From an uncultured Erysipelotrichaceae bacterium (lineage in GTDB: Bacteria > Bacillota_I > Bacilli_A > Erysipelotrichales > Erysipelotrichaceae), in assembly GCA_942493105.1 (NCBI GenBank), contig OW818668.1, forward strand, positions 570,001 through 602,000: a stretch of 32,000 nt of DNA, read 5' to 3'. Shown piece after piece: positions 8,476 through 16,541 of the stretch; position 1 is the first letter of the stretch, and each line of letters starts with the position of its first letter. Position numbers and translations under genes: made by a program. The notes beneath the pieces are model-generated. The model saw nothing but the letters and a program-made list of their open reading frames with translations. It ran no database searches and was not told where the DNA came from.

Positions 8476-8488
8476 AATAACCTTCTTT

Positions 8489-8531
8489 CTTTAATAATAT
8501 TAAGTTTAATCTTTAATATTATTAAAGTCAA
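8489..8531 (-). promoter_or_regulatory. Near-perfect AT-rich inverted repeat (16/17-bp arms) interleaved with a TTGACT-17-TAAACT promoter; candidate operator of the DUF2089-like operon
   Basis: Arms CTTTAATAATATTAAG (8489-8504) and CTTTAATATTATTAAAG (8511-8527). -35 TTGACT at 8526-8531, -10 TAAACT at 8503-8508 (minus strand). The SD GAAGG and the ATG follow within 13 nt. Confidence 0.45.
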
Positions 8532-8574
8532 TAGATAACTATTACTTTAATTTTTCATTATAAACCTTGAGTAT

Positions 8575-8598
8575 TAAAAAAGCCACGATTGTGGCTTT
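8575..8598 (-). terminator. Rho-independent terminator of degV
   Basis: Minus strand AAAGCCAC-aatc-GTGGCTTT followed by TTTTAAT. Confidence 0.75.
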
Positions 8599-8607
8599 AA
8601 GAATCAA

Positions 8608-9462
8608 TTAAGCTTTTAAGACAGGTTGGACACCAAACGCAAAGCCTGTGTGTGCAGCAACGCCAGCCGGCAAGACAATGAGTTCAAATTCATAACCTGG
8701 ATCTTTGTCATTCAAATAATTTTTGAATGCTTCTACGCGATCTGGTGATTCACAATTTGGAATATAGATTTTATGTGTTTTCGGTGAATTTCCGCGAGCT
8801 TTCATATCTTCTACAATAGCTTGGAACAATTTGACATCGGTTCTTGCGGTATCGAGTTTTTCGATGGATGGAACTTCGTGGTCAATCTTCAACAATAATT
8901 TAATTTTCAATAAGGTTCCCAGTAATGCTGTAGCACCTTTGACACGACCGCCATGAATCAGTTGTTCAAGGTTGTCCGGCAAGATGTAAGTTCTAGAATC
9001 TTTCGCAATGATGTTGACGATGTTGACGATTTCTTCAACGCTTTTACCTTCATCAGCCATTCTCTTGGCGACGATGGCAGCGTGTTTATTGGGTCCGCAA
9101 ATCGAAAAGGTATCAATGATGGTGGTCATGCTTTCAACGCCTGCATTGATTGCGCCTAAACGGAAACTTTGATAGGTCCCAGAAAGTACGGAAGACAATG
9201 AAACAACGATGATGTGATCATATCCTTGTGCTTTTAAACGATGAAATAGATCCTCAACATAACCAACATTGGGTTGAGACGTTTTAATGTCTTTTTTAGT
9301 TCTGAGAGCTTCAATGATGTCTGTTGGTTGAAGTGTTATAAAGTCAAGATATTCTGTACCATCGATAATGATTTGTAAGGGTGCTACGAATATACCTAGT
9401 TCTTCTGCTTGTTTTGGGGTAATGCTGGTCCCCGAATCGGTTACGATCGCTATTTTACTCAT
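8608..9462 (-). CDS. DegV family fatty-acid-binding protein
   Basis: 284 aa. N-terminus KIAIVTDSGTSI and overall DegV length and pattern. SD AAGGAG upstream. Confidence 0.85.
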   Translation of the reverse strand: MSKIAIVTDSGTSITPKQAEELGIFVAPLQIIIDGTEYLDFITLQPTDIIEALRTKKDIKTSQPNVGYVEDLFHRLKAQGYDHIIVVSLSSVLSGTYQSFRLGAINAGVESMTTIIDTFSICGPNKHAAIVAKRMADEGKSVEEIVNIVNIIAKDSRTYILPDNLEQLIHGGRVKGATALLGTLLKIKLLLKIDHEVPSIEKLDTARTDVKLFQAIVEDMKARGNSPKTHKIYIPNCESPDRVEAFKNYLNDKDPGYEFELIVLPAGVAAHTGFAFGVQPVLKA

Positions 9463-9535
9463 GTGTTCTCCTTGGTTTTGTGTTTATCATAAAGAAAGGA
9501 TGGTTAAATGTCAAACATTACTCATTTTTAACAAA

Positions 9536-10339
9536 TCAAAGTTTTCCAAGTGCTTTGGCTCGTGCTTCAGATTGATGCACAGCATTTACGATTTTATCTT
9601 CAACACCATCATCTCGTAAAGATCTGATTCCTTCAATGGTTGAACCATTGGGTGAACATACTCTTTCTATTAAATCCTCTGGATCCATCTTGTTTTCCTG
9701 TAAGTATGCAACGGTTCCAGTGATGGTTTGATAAAGCATTCTGTACGTCTCTTGATCATCAAATTGTCCAGAAGCCCCCAATTTCATCGCATTGATGAAG
9801 TAGGCTAAGAAAGCTGGACCACTTCCAATCAATACAGACCCAATATCCATCTTCTGTTCATCTACCAAAACTACTAATCCTACTTTTGAAAACATAACAG
9901 CGCAAATATTTAAATTTTCAGGATCCAAAGTATGTGCCTTGCTTAATAAAACGACCCCTTCTAAAACTTCAACCGCTAAATTTGGCATGACTCTGATGAC
10001 TTGCGTACTTGGATCACACATCGTAACTAACTTCTCTGTGGTGATTCCTGCCGCAATCGAAATAATGGCTTTATTTTTTAAGTGACTTCTTAAGTTCATC
10101 ACGATTGCAGGTAAGATCTGTGGTTTGACAGCCAAAAGAATGATGTCGCTTTTATCACACATCTCAAAGGCATCCAAACAAATGTTTATTCCAGGATGGT
10201 CTGATTTGGCTTTTGGTGATGAATGAGGCGTATAGACAAAAAGATTGGTTTCATCTAAAAATCCTTGGGTTATCAACCCATCGATCAATGCCTTTCCCAT
10301 CTTTCCGTAACCTAATAATCCAAGCTTAAACGGTTTCAT
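9536..10339 (-). CDS. proC: Pyrroline-5-carboxylate reductase
   Basis: Rossmann N-terminus LGLLGYGKMGKALIDGL. C-terminal dimerisation region with SPNGSTIEGI resembles the ProC signature. 267 aa. Confidence 0.85.
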   Translation of the reverse strand: MKPFKLGLLGYGKMGKALIDGLITQGFLDETNLFVYTPHSSPKAKSDHPGINICLDAFEMCDKSDIILLAVKPQILPAIVMNLRSHLKNKAIISIAAGITTEKLVTMCDPSTQVIRVMPNLAVEVLEGVVLLSKAHTLDPENLNICAVMFSKVGLVVLVDEQKMDIGSVLIGSGPAFLAYFINAMKLGASGQFDDQETYRMLYQTITGTVAYLQENKMDPEDLIERVCSPNGSTIEGIRSLRDDGVEDKIVNAVHQSEARAKALGKL

Positions 10340-10392
10340 AGTGACCCCTCAATTCTATTTTAAGGTATACTGCTTTAAACTTCATTAACTTT

Positions 10393-10401
10393 TGTTAAAA
10401 T
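10393..10401 (+). promoter_or_regulatory. Extended -10 element (TGtTAAAAT) 6 nt upstream of the CoA-binding protein ATG
   Basis: TGTTAAAAT at 10393-10401, then agatgt, then the ATG at 10408. No SD in between. -35-like TTTAAA with a 16-nt spacer. Confidence 0.4.
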
Positions 10402-10407
10402 AGATGT

Positions 10408-10794
10408 ATGAACAATCCACTAACTATTTTAAAAGACAACCAAACCTTCGCAGTATTAGGTGTAAATCAAGATTTTGATTCTTACGCCAATAAGATTTTA
10501 CGCAAACTTCGTGAGAAACATAAAACTGCATATCCAGTCAACCCAAAGTATACAAGCTTATTTAACGAAATCATCTATGAACGTTTAGAAAACACCCCAA
10601 CGGTTCCTGAAGTTGTGGTATTCGTTGTTAATCCAACGATTGGAATCCAGTATCTTGAAACCATTAAAGATCTTGGTATCAAAACCATTTGGCTTCAACC
10701 AGGAACCATCAGTGATGAACTGCTCGCTAAGGCAAAAGAACTTGATCTTGAAGCCATAGATGCATGTGTTTTAGTTGTCAGTCAGTATTTATAA
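10408..10794 (+). CDS. CoA-binding domain protein (YccU/YneT-like)
   Basis: 128 aa. FAVLGVNQD...YANKILRKL...AYPVNPKY and IWLQPG fit the CoA_binding_2 pattern. Confidence 0.75.
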   Translation: MNNPLTILKDNQTFAVLGVNQDFDSYANKILRKLREKHKTAYPVNPKYTSLFNEIIYERLENTPTVPEVVVFVVNPTIGIQYLETIKDLGIKTIWLQPGTISDELLAKAKELDLEAIDACVLVVSQYL

Positions 10795-10850
10795 GCTCGT
10801 TCACAGTTTTATCAAATAAACTCTGATTTTTAACTAAGAAAGGCCCCACT

Positions 10851-11909
10851 ATGACCCCTCTTAAAGAAATAGCGCTTATTTTTCTAAAATTAGGTACTTT
10901 TGCCTTTGGTGGACCTGCTGCTCATATTGCCATGATGGAAAAAGAATTCGTTGAGAAAAGACAATGGTTGACTCAAGACGAATTTTTAACCATGATGGGG
11001 TTCACAAATCTGATCCCTGGACCTAATTCAACCGAGATGGCCTTACATATCGGTTATTTGCGCGGTAAAGGAAAAGGGATGCTGGTTGCTGGGATCTCAT
11101 TTATTCTGCCTGCCACACTTATGGTCCTTGGATTAACATCACTTCTGGTTGAATATGGTTCTATTCCTTCTGTATATAGTGCCCTCTTAGGAGTAGGTCC
11201 AGTTATGTTGGGCTTGATCTTAAGTGTCATCATCAAGTTTTCTAAACCTATTTTAAAGAATGCGATGCAATGGTTTGTTTTGATCGTTGCTTTTGGTGCT
11301 TCTTTTTATATCAATGAATTGGCGATCTTACTTATGACTGGTCTTCTGTTTTATCTGTTAAGTAAAGGAAGAACCTATGTTTTAGAACCCATAAGTCTAT
11401 GGACCTTGTTTATGATCTTTCTTAAGATAGGATCGATTTTATATGGAAGTGGTTATGTCTTGCTGGCTTTCATTAAAACTGAATTCATGGATGTTCGCCA
11501 AGTATTGACTCTAAAGGAAATCATGGATGCTTTGACCATAGGACAATTGACACCTGGTCCAGTCTTTACCACCGCAACCGCAATTGGTGCCTTACTACAT
11601 GGATGGGTTGGTGGTTTAGTCGCAACCGTAGGTATTTTCTTACCTGCTTTTCTTTTGGTTTACTTCTTACATCCTTTGTTTAAGAAATTGAGCCAGAATG
11701 CCTCACTTAAAACATTCTTGGATGGTTTAAAATTAGCATCGTTGGCGCTTATGATGAAAGTTGCCTTTGATGTCGCATGGAGTTATCGAGATAACTGGCT
11801 GTTAGTTTTGGCTCCACTTTCTATGATTCTATTGATTAAGACAAAAATAAACCCCACGTTTTTGATTATCGGTGGGGTCTTAATCGGTTGGTTGGTTAGT
11901 TTTCTATAG
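10851..11909 (+). CDS. chrA: Chromate transporter ChrA (CHR family, fused two-domain form)
   Basis: FLKLGTFAFGGPAAHIAMM and FTNLIPGPNSTEMA in the N-half. A second CHR-like half carries LKIGSILYGSGYVLL and LTPGPVFTTAT. Confidence 0.85.
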   Translation: MTPLKEIALIFLKLGTFAFGGPAAHIAMMEKEFVEKRQWLTQDEFLTMMGFTNLIPGPNSTEMALHIGYLRGKGKGMLVAGISFILPATLMVLGLTSLLVEYGSIPSVYSALLGVGPVMLGLILSVIIKFSKPILKNAMQWFVLIVAFGASFYINELAILLMTGLLFYLLSKGRTYVLEPISLWTLFMIFLKIGSILYGSGYVLLAFIKTEFMDVRQVLTLKEIMDALTIGQLTPGPVFTTATAIGALLHGWVGGLVATVGIFLPAFLLVYFLHPLFKKLSQNASLKTFLDGLKLASLALMMKVAFDVAWSYRDNWLLVLAPLSMILLIKTKINPTFLIIGGVLIGWLVSFL

Positions 11910-12797
11910 GATGGCTTTTCTTATAAATCCATTGGCTTTCTCAAGACGCTCTAGTGCGTCTTTTTTTGTACATCCTGTTTTGATCATCACAATGGCCAAT
12001 TTAGGTTTTTGGTCACATTCCTTCAATGTTTTTTCAGCTATTTCTTCAGAACATTCTGTCGCACTCATAACGATACGTTTCGCTCGATCAAAAAGTTTGA
12101 TATTGACAGGGATCACATCGACCATAAGGTTAGAGTAAACTTTACCCAATCTGACCATGGTTGCGGTAGACAACATATTTAACACCATCTTTTGAGCTGT
12201 CCCTGATTTTAATCGGGTTGATCCTGTCAGTATTTCTTGACCGACTTCTACATCGATCGATACATCTGCGATTTCAGACATTTTTGAATTTGGATTAGCA
12301 GAAATCCCTATGGTTTTTCCGCCCAATGCTTTACCATATCGTAAACCAGCAAGTGCATAAGGGGTTCTACCTGATGCGGCAATGGCGATAAAACAATCTT
12401 TGCTTGATGCATTAAGTTGTTTCAAGTCTTCCACAATCGCAGTTTCTGAGTCTTCCACGCCTTCTACAGCGTTTCTTAATGCAAAGTCACCACCTGCTAC
12501 GATTCCTTGGATTTCATCTTTTAATCCAAAAGTTGGTAAACATTCCGAGGCATCCAATACCCCTAAACGACCTGAGGTTCCTGCCCCAAAATAAAGACAA
12601 CGACCTCCGTTTTGAATGGTTTGCGTCATCAGTTCGATACCTCTTGCAATATGAGGCAATTGAGCTTTAATGCCTTCTAATACACATTTATCCTCATCAT
12701 TCATCAGGCTTGCGATTTCTAAAGGACTCATCTGATCCAAATTCATGCTTCTTGGATTTCGGCCTTCAGTCTTTAATGCGTTCAATTTTTCACTCAT
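11904..12797 (-). CDS. murQ: N-acetylmuramic acid 6-phosphate etherase
   Basis: 297 aa. N-terminus LKTEGRNPRSMNLDQMSPLEI, SIS-domain loop FGAGTSGRLG, SD AAGGAGG upstream. Confidence 0.9.
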   Translation of the reverse strand: MSEKLNALKTEGRNPRSMNLDQMSPLEIASLMNDEDKCVLEGIKAQLPHIARGIELMTQTIQNGGRCLYFGAGTSGRLGVLDASECLPTFGLKDEIQGIVAGGDFALRNAVEGVEDSETAIVEDLKQLNASSKDCFIAIAASGRTPYALAGLRYGKALGGKTIGISANPNSKMSEIADVSIDVEVGQEILTGSTRLKSGTAQKMVLNMLSTATMVRLGKVYSNLMVDVIPVNIKLFDRAKRIVMSATECSEEIAEKTLKECDQKPKLAIVMIKTGCTKKDALERLEKANGFIRKAIL

Positions 12798-12808
12798 AAA
12801 GGTCCTCC

Positions 12809-14101
12809 TTATAGATTAACTCTTTTATAAATGGCATCTACATGTCTTAAGTAAAATTCCAGTGTAAAACAAGATTCTATTTCATCAATTGTCATTATGG
12901 ATGAAATTTCTTCATCCTTAATCAATAGTCCCTTAAAATCAATGTGTTGAGTCCAAGAAATCATCGCTAAAGGTTGAATCAGATCATAGGCTTTCTCTCT
13001 AGAATAAGCTTTCTCATCGATCAGTTTATTCATCACCCTTTGGGCAAAGATAACACCTTGGGTCAATTCTATGTTTTTAAGCATGTTGTCTTCAAAGACT
13101 TGGATATTGTTGATCAAGCTTGTCATACGATTCAGCATATAATCCATCAGAATGGTCGCATCAGGAAAGATAATGCGTTCTACAGATGAATGTGATATGT
13201 CTCGTTCATGCCAAAGCGGTATGTCTTCATAAGCACTCATCATATAGCCTCTGATAACACGTGATAATCCTGCAATGTTTTCAAATGAAATGGGATTACG
13301 TTTATGAGGCATCGCTGAAGATCCTTTTTGTCCCACGCTGAATCCTTCTTCAACTTCTCTAACTTCAGTTCTCTGAAGATGCCTGAATTCTAATGCGATC
13401 TTCTCAAGACTGGTTGCGATCAAAGCTAAAACACTCATATAAGCTGCATGCCGATCTCTTTGCAGAGTTTGCGTAGAGATAGGTGCACTTTGTATCCCTA
13501 AGATCTGACAAACTTCATCTTGAAGCTCTACGCCTGTGTATAAACAATTCCCAACAGCACCAGATATTTTCCCGCATTCAATGTCTTTGCATGCTTCATC
13601 AAAACGCTTAAGTTGGCGATTGAATTCTTCAACCCATAAAGCAAACTTTAAACCAAAACTGGTGATTTCCGCATGGATCCCATGGGTCCTTCCCATACAT
13701 GGCGTCATCTTATACTTCAAAGCTTGTTTCTTTAAACCTTCTTGTAGAGCTAATAAATCTAACCTTATTAACACATTAACGTCTTTCATGATCAAACCTG
13801 TTGCGGTATCCACCACATCCGTACTGGTCAAGCCATAATGGATCCAACGTTTTTCTTCACCAAGGCTTTCAGAAACAGCACGTGTAAAGGCAACCACATC
13901 ATGTTTGGTTTCTTTCTCTAATTCATTGATTCGATCGATTGAAAAACTTGCTTTGTTTAAAGCCTCAAGTTCTTCTTTCGTTATTTTCCCATCATGGGCA
14001 AGCACTTCGCATACAGCCAATTCAACTTTGAGCCAGGCTTTATATTTAGCCTCATCTGTCCAAAGTTCACTCATTTGCTTTCTGGAATATCGCTGTATCA
14101 T
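12809..14101 (-). CDS. purB: Adenylosuccinate lyase
   Basis: Fumarate-lyase signature GSSAMPHKRNP, about 430 aa. Start placed at the ATG at 14101 (the tracked ORF begins one codon earlier at a GTG), with GGGGGT as SD. Confidence 0.93.
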   Translation of the reverse strand: MIQRYSRKQMSELWTDEAKYKAWLKVELAVCEVLAHDGKITKEELEALNKASFSIDRINELEKETKHDVVAFTRAVSESLGEEKRWIHYGLTSTDVVDTATGLIMKDVNVLIRLDLLALQEGLKKQALKYKMTPCMGRTHGIHAEITSFGLKFALWVEEFNRQLKRFDEACKDIECGKISGAVGNCLYTGVELQDEVCQILGIQSAPISTQTLQRDRHAAYMSVLALIATSLEKIALEFRHLQRTEVREVEEGFSVGQKGSSAMPHKRNPISFENIAGLSRVIRGYMMSAYEDIPLWHERDISHSSVERIIFPDATILMDYMLNRMTSLINNIQVFEDNMLKNIELTQGVIFAQRVMNKLIDEKAYSREKAYDLIQPLAMISWTQHIDFKGLLIKDEEISSIMTIDEIESCFTLEFYLRHVDAIYKRVNL

Positions 14102-14113
14102 CACTACCCCCTA

Positions 14114-14122
14114 TGGTATACT
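14114..14122 (+). promoter_or_regulatory. Extended -10 element (TGgTATACT) 8 nt upstream of the yigZ-like ATG
   Basis: TGGTATACT at 14114-14122, then tgacatag, then the ATG at 14131. No SD. It lies inside the purB 5' leader on the opposite strand. Confidence 0.4.
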
Positions 14123-14130
14123 TGACATAG

Positions 14131-14745
14131 ATGTCGTACCGTATACATTTTAACACACGCAATATCTTAAACATTAAGCACTCTGAATTTATCACCCATC
14201 TTGAGCGTGTTTTTTCATTTGAGGAAGCCAAAGTTTTATTAGCCCAACTTCGTTCACAGCATCCTGAAGCCACCCACATCACCTACGCCTATCGATCAAG
14301 CACTGAAGAAAGAACTGGTGATGACGGCGAAGTACCGGGCACAGCCGGAAAAACTGAACTCAAAGTCCTGAAAGAACAAGACATCACCGATATCCTTGTT
14401 GTGGTGATCCGTTATTACGGTGGTACCAACCTTGGGATCAATGGTCTTATCCATGCCTATATGGATTCAGTCATTCAAGCCTTAAAAACGACACAGTTAT
14501 GCGAATTGGTCAAGATGAATGAATATATCGTCTGTATCCCTATTGAAAAGATCGATCTGGTTCGTAAGTTCAATAAAGAGCTCCTTAAAGAAACCATTTT
14601 TGAGGAAGATGGGTTTAAAGCTAAGATGCGATTTGTGTCTGAACGTAAAGATCTTATGTACATTTTAGGCAACCAAACACTAGGAACGGCACAGCTCATC
14701 CAGCACCAAGAAATCCTTGAGGAAAGATTGATGAATCATATATAA
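14131..14745 (+). CDS. IMPACT/YigZ (UPF0029) family protein
   Basis: IKHSEFITHL, ATHITYAY, GDDGEVPGTAGKTELKVL and VVVIRYYGGTNLG match the YigZ/YvyE core. The N-terminal length agrees with homologues. Confidence 0.85.
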   Translation: MSYRIHFNTRNILNIKHSEFITHLERVFSFEEAKVLLAQLRSQHPEATHITYAYRSSTEERTGDDGEVPGTAGKTELKVLKEQDITDILVVVIRYYGGTNLGINGLIHAYMDSVIQALKTTQLCELVKMNEYIVCIPIEKIDLVRKFNKELLKETIFEEDGFKAKMRFVSERKDLMYILGNQTLGTAQLIQHQEILEERLMNHI

Positions 14746-14773
14746 AAGGTGACAGATTAGTTCTGTCACCTTT
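14745..14773. terminator. Bidirectional rho-independent terminator between the convergent yigZ-like and hypothetical genes
   Basis: AAAGGTGACAGA-ttagt-TCTGTCACCTTT, a 12-bp stem flanked by A/T runs on both sides. Confidence 0.8.
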
Positions 14774-14789
14774 GTCTTCTTAAATTAAG

Positions 14790-15590
14790 TCAGTTTAATC
14801 TCCAGAGTTCACTATAGGCAATGAAGGTCACTGAGTCTGCATTTAATTTGGCTTGATGTCTTTGCTTCTTCACATCTCCACCACATTCTTTATCCAACAG
14901 ATGACGATTCATCATGGTTTGAACATATAAAACTTTCTTCATCAAAAACCAAGAAGTGACTGCTTTATAAATCAGAGGTGCACGATGTTTATGTTCTTTG
15001 AAGTCTTCCTTGATTTGTATTTGCAGGGTTTCAGATTCTGCTTTGACGAGGGTCTTTAACGCATTGAGATCTGTATAGTATTGTGCGTCAATCAATCTTT
15101 GGGCTGACCCGCATTTGATTTCACCTTTGGTCAATTGGGCAATGACTTTTAATCCAAACTCGTTGAGATGAGCGACGATAATGTTGTTTCTGAGACTTTC
15201 TAAGAGTGCTTTATTTTCAGTGATCGCATAATATAAGCCTTTTAAAATGGTATATGTTTCGGCTGTTGGTTCTGAAAGTATAAAGCCAACAGGTTCGTCG
15301 TTGGTATCAAGTCCATAAATAAACATGGGCACTACAAAAGGATGGGCTGGAAGCTTGGCGATATCTTTATAACGTATGATCTGATTGGAAACTGCTTCTG
15401 CTTGTATATCGAAATGATAGCCAATCATGATTCTAAAATCGGGATTTAAAGCAACTAAAGTCCTTAGTGTTTCTCTGATTGGACTTTCATCTATGATCTC
15501 CAGGTAATCTTCAAGAAAACCATTGAAAGCACAGGCATGATTGCCTTTTCTTTCATCGTTAATCTCAGTCAAGAAAGTCAGTTCAGTCAT
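14790..15590 (-). CDS. Hypothetical soluble protein (266 aa), no recognisable domain
   Basis: Intact ORF whose ATG overlaps the EamA stop (ATGACTGA, 15583-15590). No TM segments or motifs I can assign. Confidence 0.55.
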   Translation of the reverse strand: MTELTFLTEINDERKGNHACAFNGFLEDYLEIIDESPIRETLRTLVALNPDFRIMIGYHFDIQAEAVSNQIIRYKDIAKLPAHPFVVPMFIYGLDTNDEPVGFILSEPTAETYTILKGLYYAITENKALLESLRNNIIVAHLNEFGLKVIAQLTKGEIKCGSAQRLIDAQYYTDLNALKTLVKAESETLQIQIKEDFKEHKHRAPLIYKAVTSWFLMKKVLYVQTMMNRHLLDKECGGDVKKQRHQAKLNADSVTFIAYSELWRLN

Positions 15591-16464
15591 AATTACCTCT
15601 TTTTAATTTTACTCCTATTCTGGGTCCAAGTTCAACCACAAAAACAGCACACATCATTAAAAAACCACCCATTAATGTGTTTTGACTGAAAGGTTCATGC
15701 AAAATAAGGACTGCACCCAAAGCTCCAAACAAAGCTTCAAAGGCCAATAGGATTCCTGATATCGTAGAGTTGACATGTTTCTGACCAAAAATCTGAAGTA
15801 AAAACGCTAAACCGCTAGCAAATAATCCCGCATAGATCACATAGATCCAGCCTTCTGTTGGGATAACAGGTTGCGTAAAAGCAGAGATTCCAAAGCCTAA
15901 GATACTTACTGTGAAGACTTGAATGAGGGTCGCTGCCATAACGTCATTGTATTTAGCTAATTTCTCTATAACGATGATATGTAAGGCAAAGACAACTGCA
16001 CAGGCAACCAGTAAAACATCTCCTAATTGAAAAGTAAATGATTCATTTAGCGTTAAAAAACCAGTTCCGATAACAGATAATCCAACACCTAAAATGACAC
16101 TGTTTGTAATTTTACGTTTCCTAAACATCAATAAAGGTATAAATACGACATATTGTACGGTGATGAAAGATGCATTTGAGACCGTTGAATAGATTTGTCC
16201 ATAGGTCTGGAATACAAAACCAACAAACAAGACAACACCTGCTAGAAAACCATACAGCATTAATCCTTTATTACGCCAAAAAGGTCTTCTAAAGGCAACT
16301 AAGCTAATTGCGGCTGAAGCCAATAAGCCCCTAAATGCCAATAAAATAAAAGGTGTCCATCCTCGATTAAGTGCTTCTTGAACGGCCACAAATGAAATAC
16401 CCCAAATAAGTGCGGATATAAGTAATGCGGTTTTGCCTGTGGCACTGTTTTTATTGATGGACAT
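15583..16464 (-). CDS. EamA/DMT-superfamily transporter (10 TM)
   Basis: 293 aa. Two tandem five-helix EamA-like halves. N-terminus TALLISALIWGISFVAVQ is typical of the family. Confidence 0.8.
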   Translation of the reverse strand: MSINKNSATGKTALLISALIWGISFVAVQEALNRGWTPFILLAFRGLLASAAISLVAFRRPFWRNKGLMLYGFLAGVVLFVGFVFQTYGQIYSTVSNASFITVQYVVFIPLLMFRKRKITNSVILGVGLSVIGTGFLTLNESFTFQLGDVLLVACAVVFALHIIVIEKLAKYNDVMAATLIQVFTVSILGFGISAFTQPVIPTEGWIYVIYAGLFASGLAFLLQIFGQKHVNSTISGILLAFEALFGALGAVLILHEPFSQNTLMGGFLMMCAVFVVELGPRIGVKLKRGNYD

Positions 16465-16473
16465 AATGGACTC

Positions 16474-16502
16474 ATTATACTGGACTGCTCAGTAGTTCTC
16501 AA
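16474..16502 (-). promoter_or_regulatory. SigA-type promoter ending 9 nt from the EamA ATG
   Basis: Minus strand TTGAGA (16497-16502), 17-nt spacer, TATAAT (16474-16479), then gagtccatt, then ATG (16462-16464). No SD. Confidence 0.5.
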
Positions 16503-16541
16503 GAGAGATTGCTGAAAGAGTTAGCATAAACTCATACCATA

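Noticed and set aside
14067-14282. A 71-aa minus-strand ORF spanning the purB/yigZ junction
   Set aside because: It overlaps the purB start in another frame and runs antisense through the conserved N-terminus of the yigZ-like gene. It has no SD and an implausible Cys/Trp/Arg-rich sequence.
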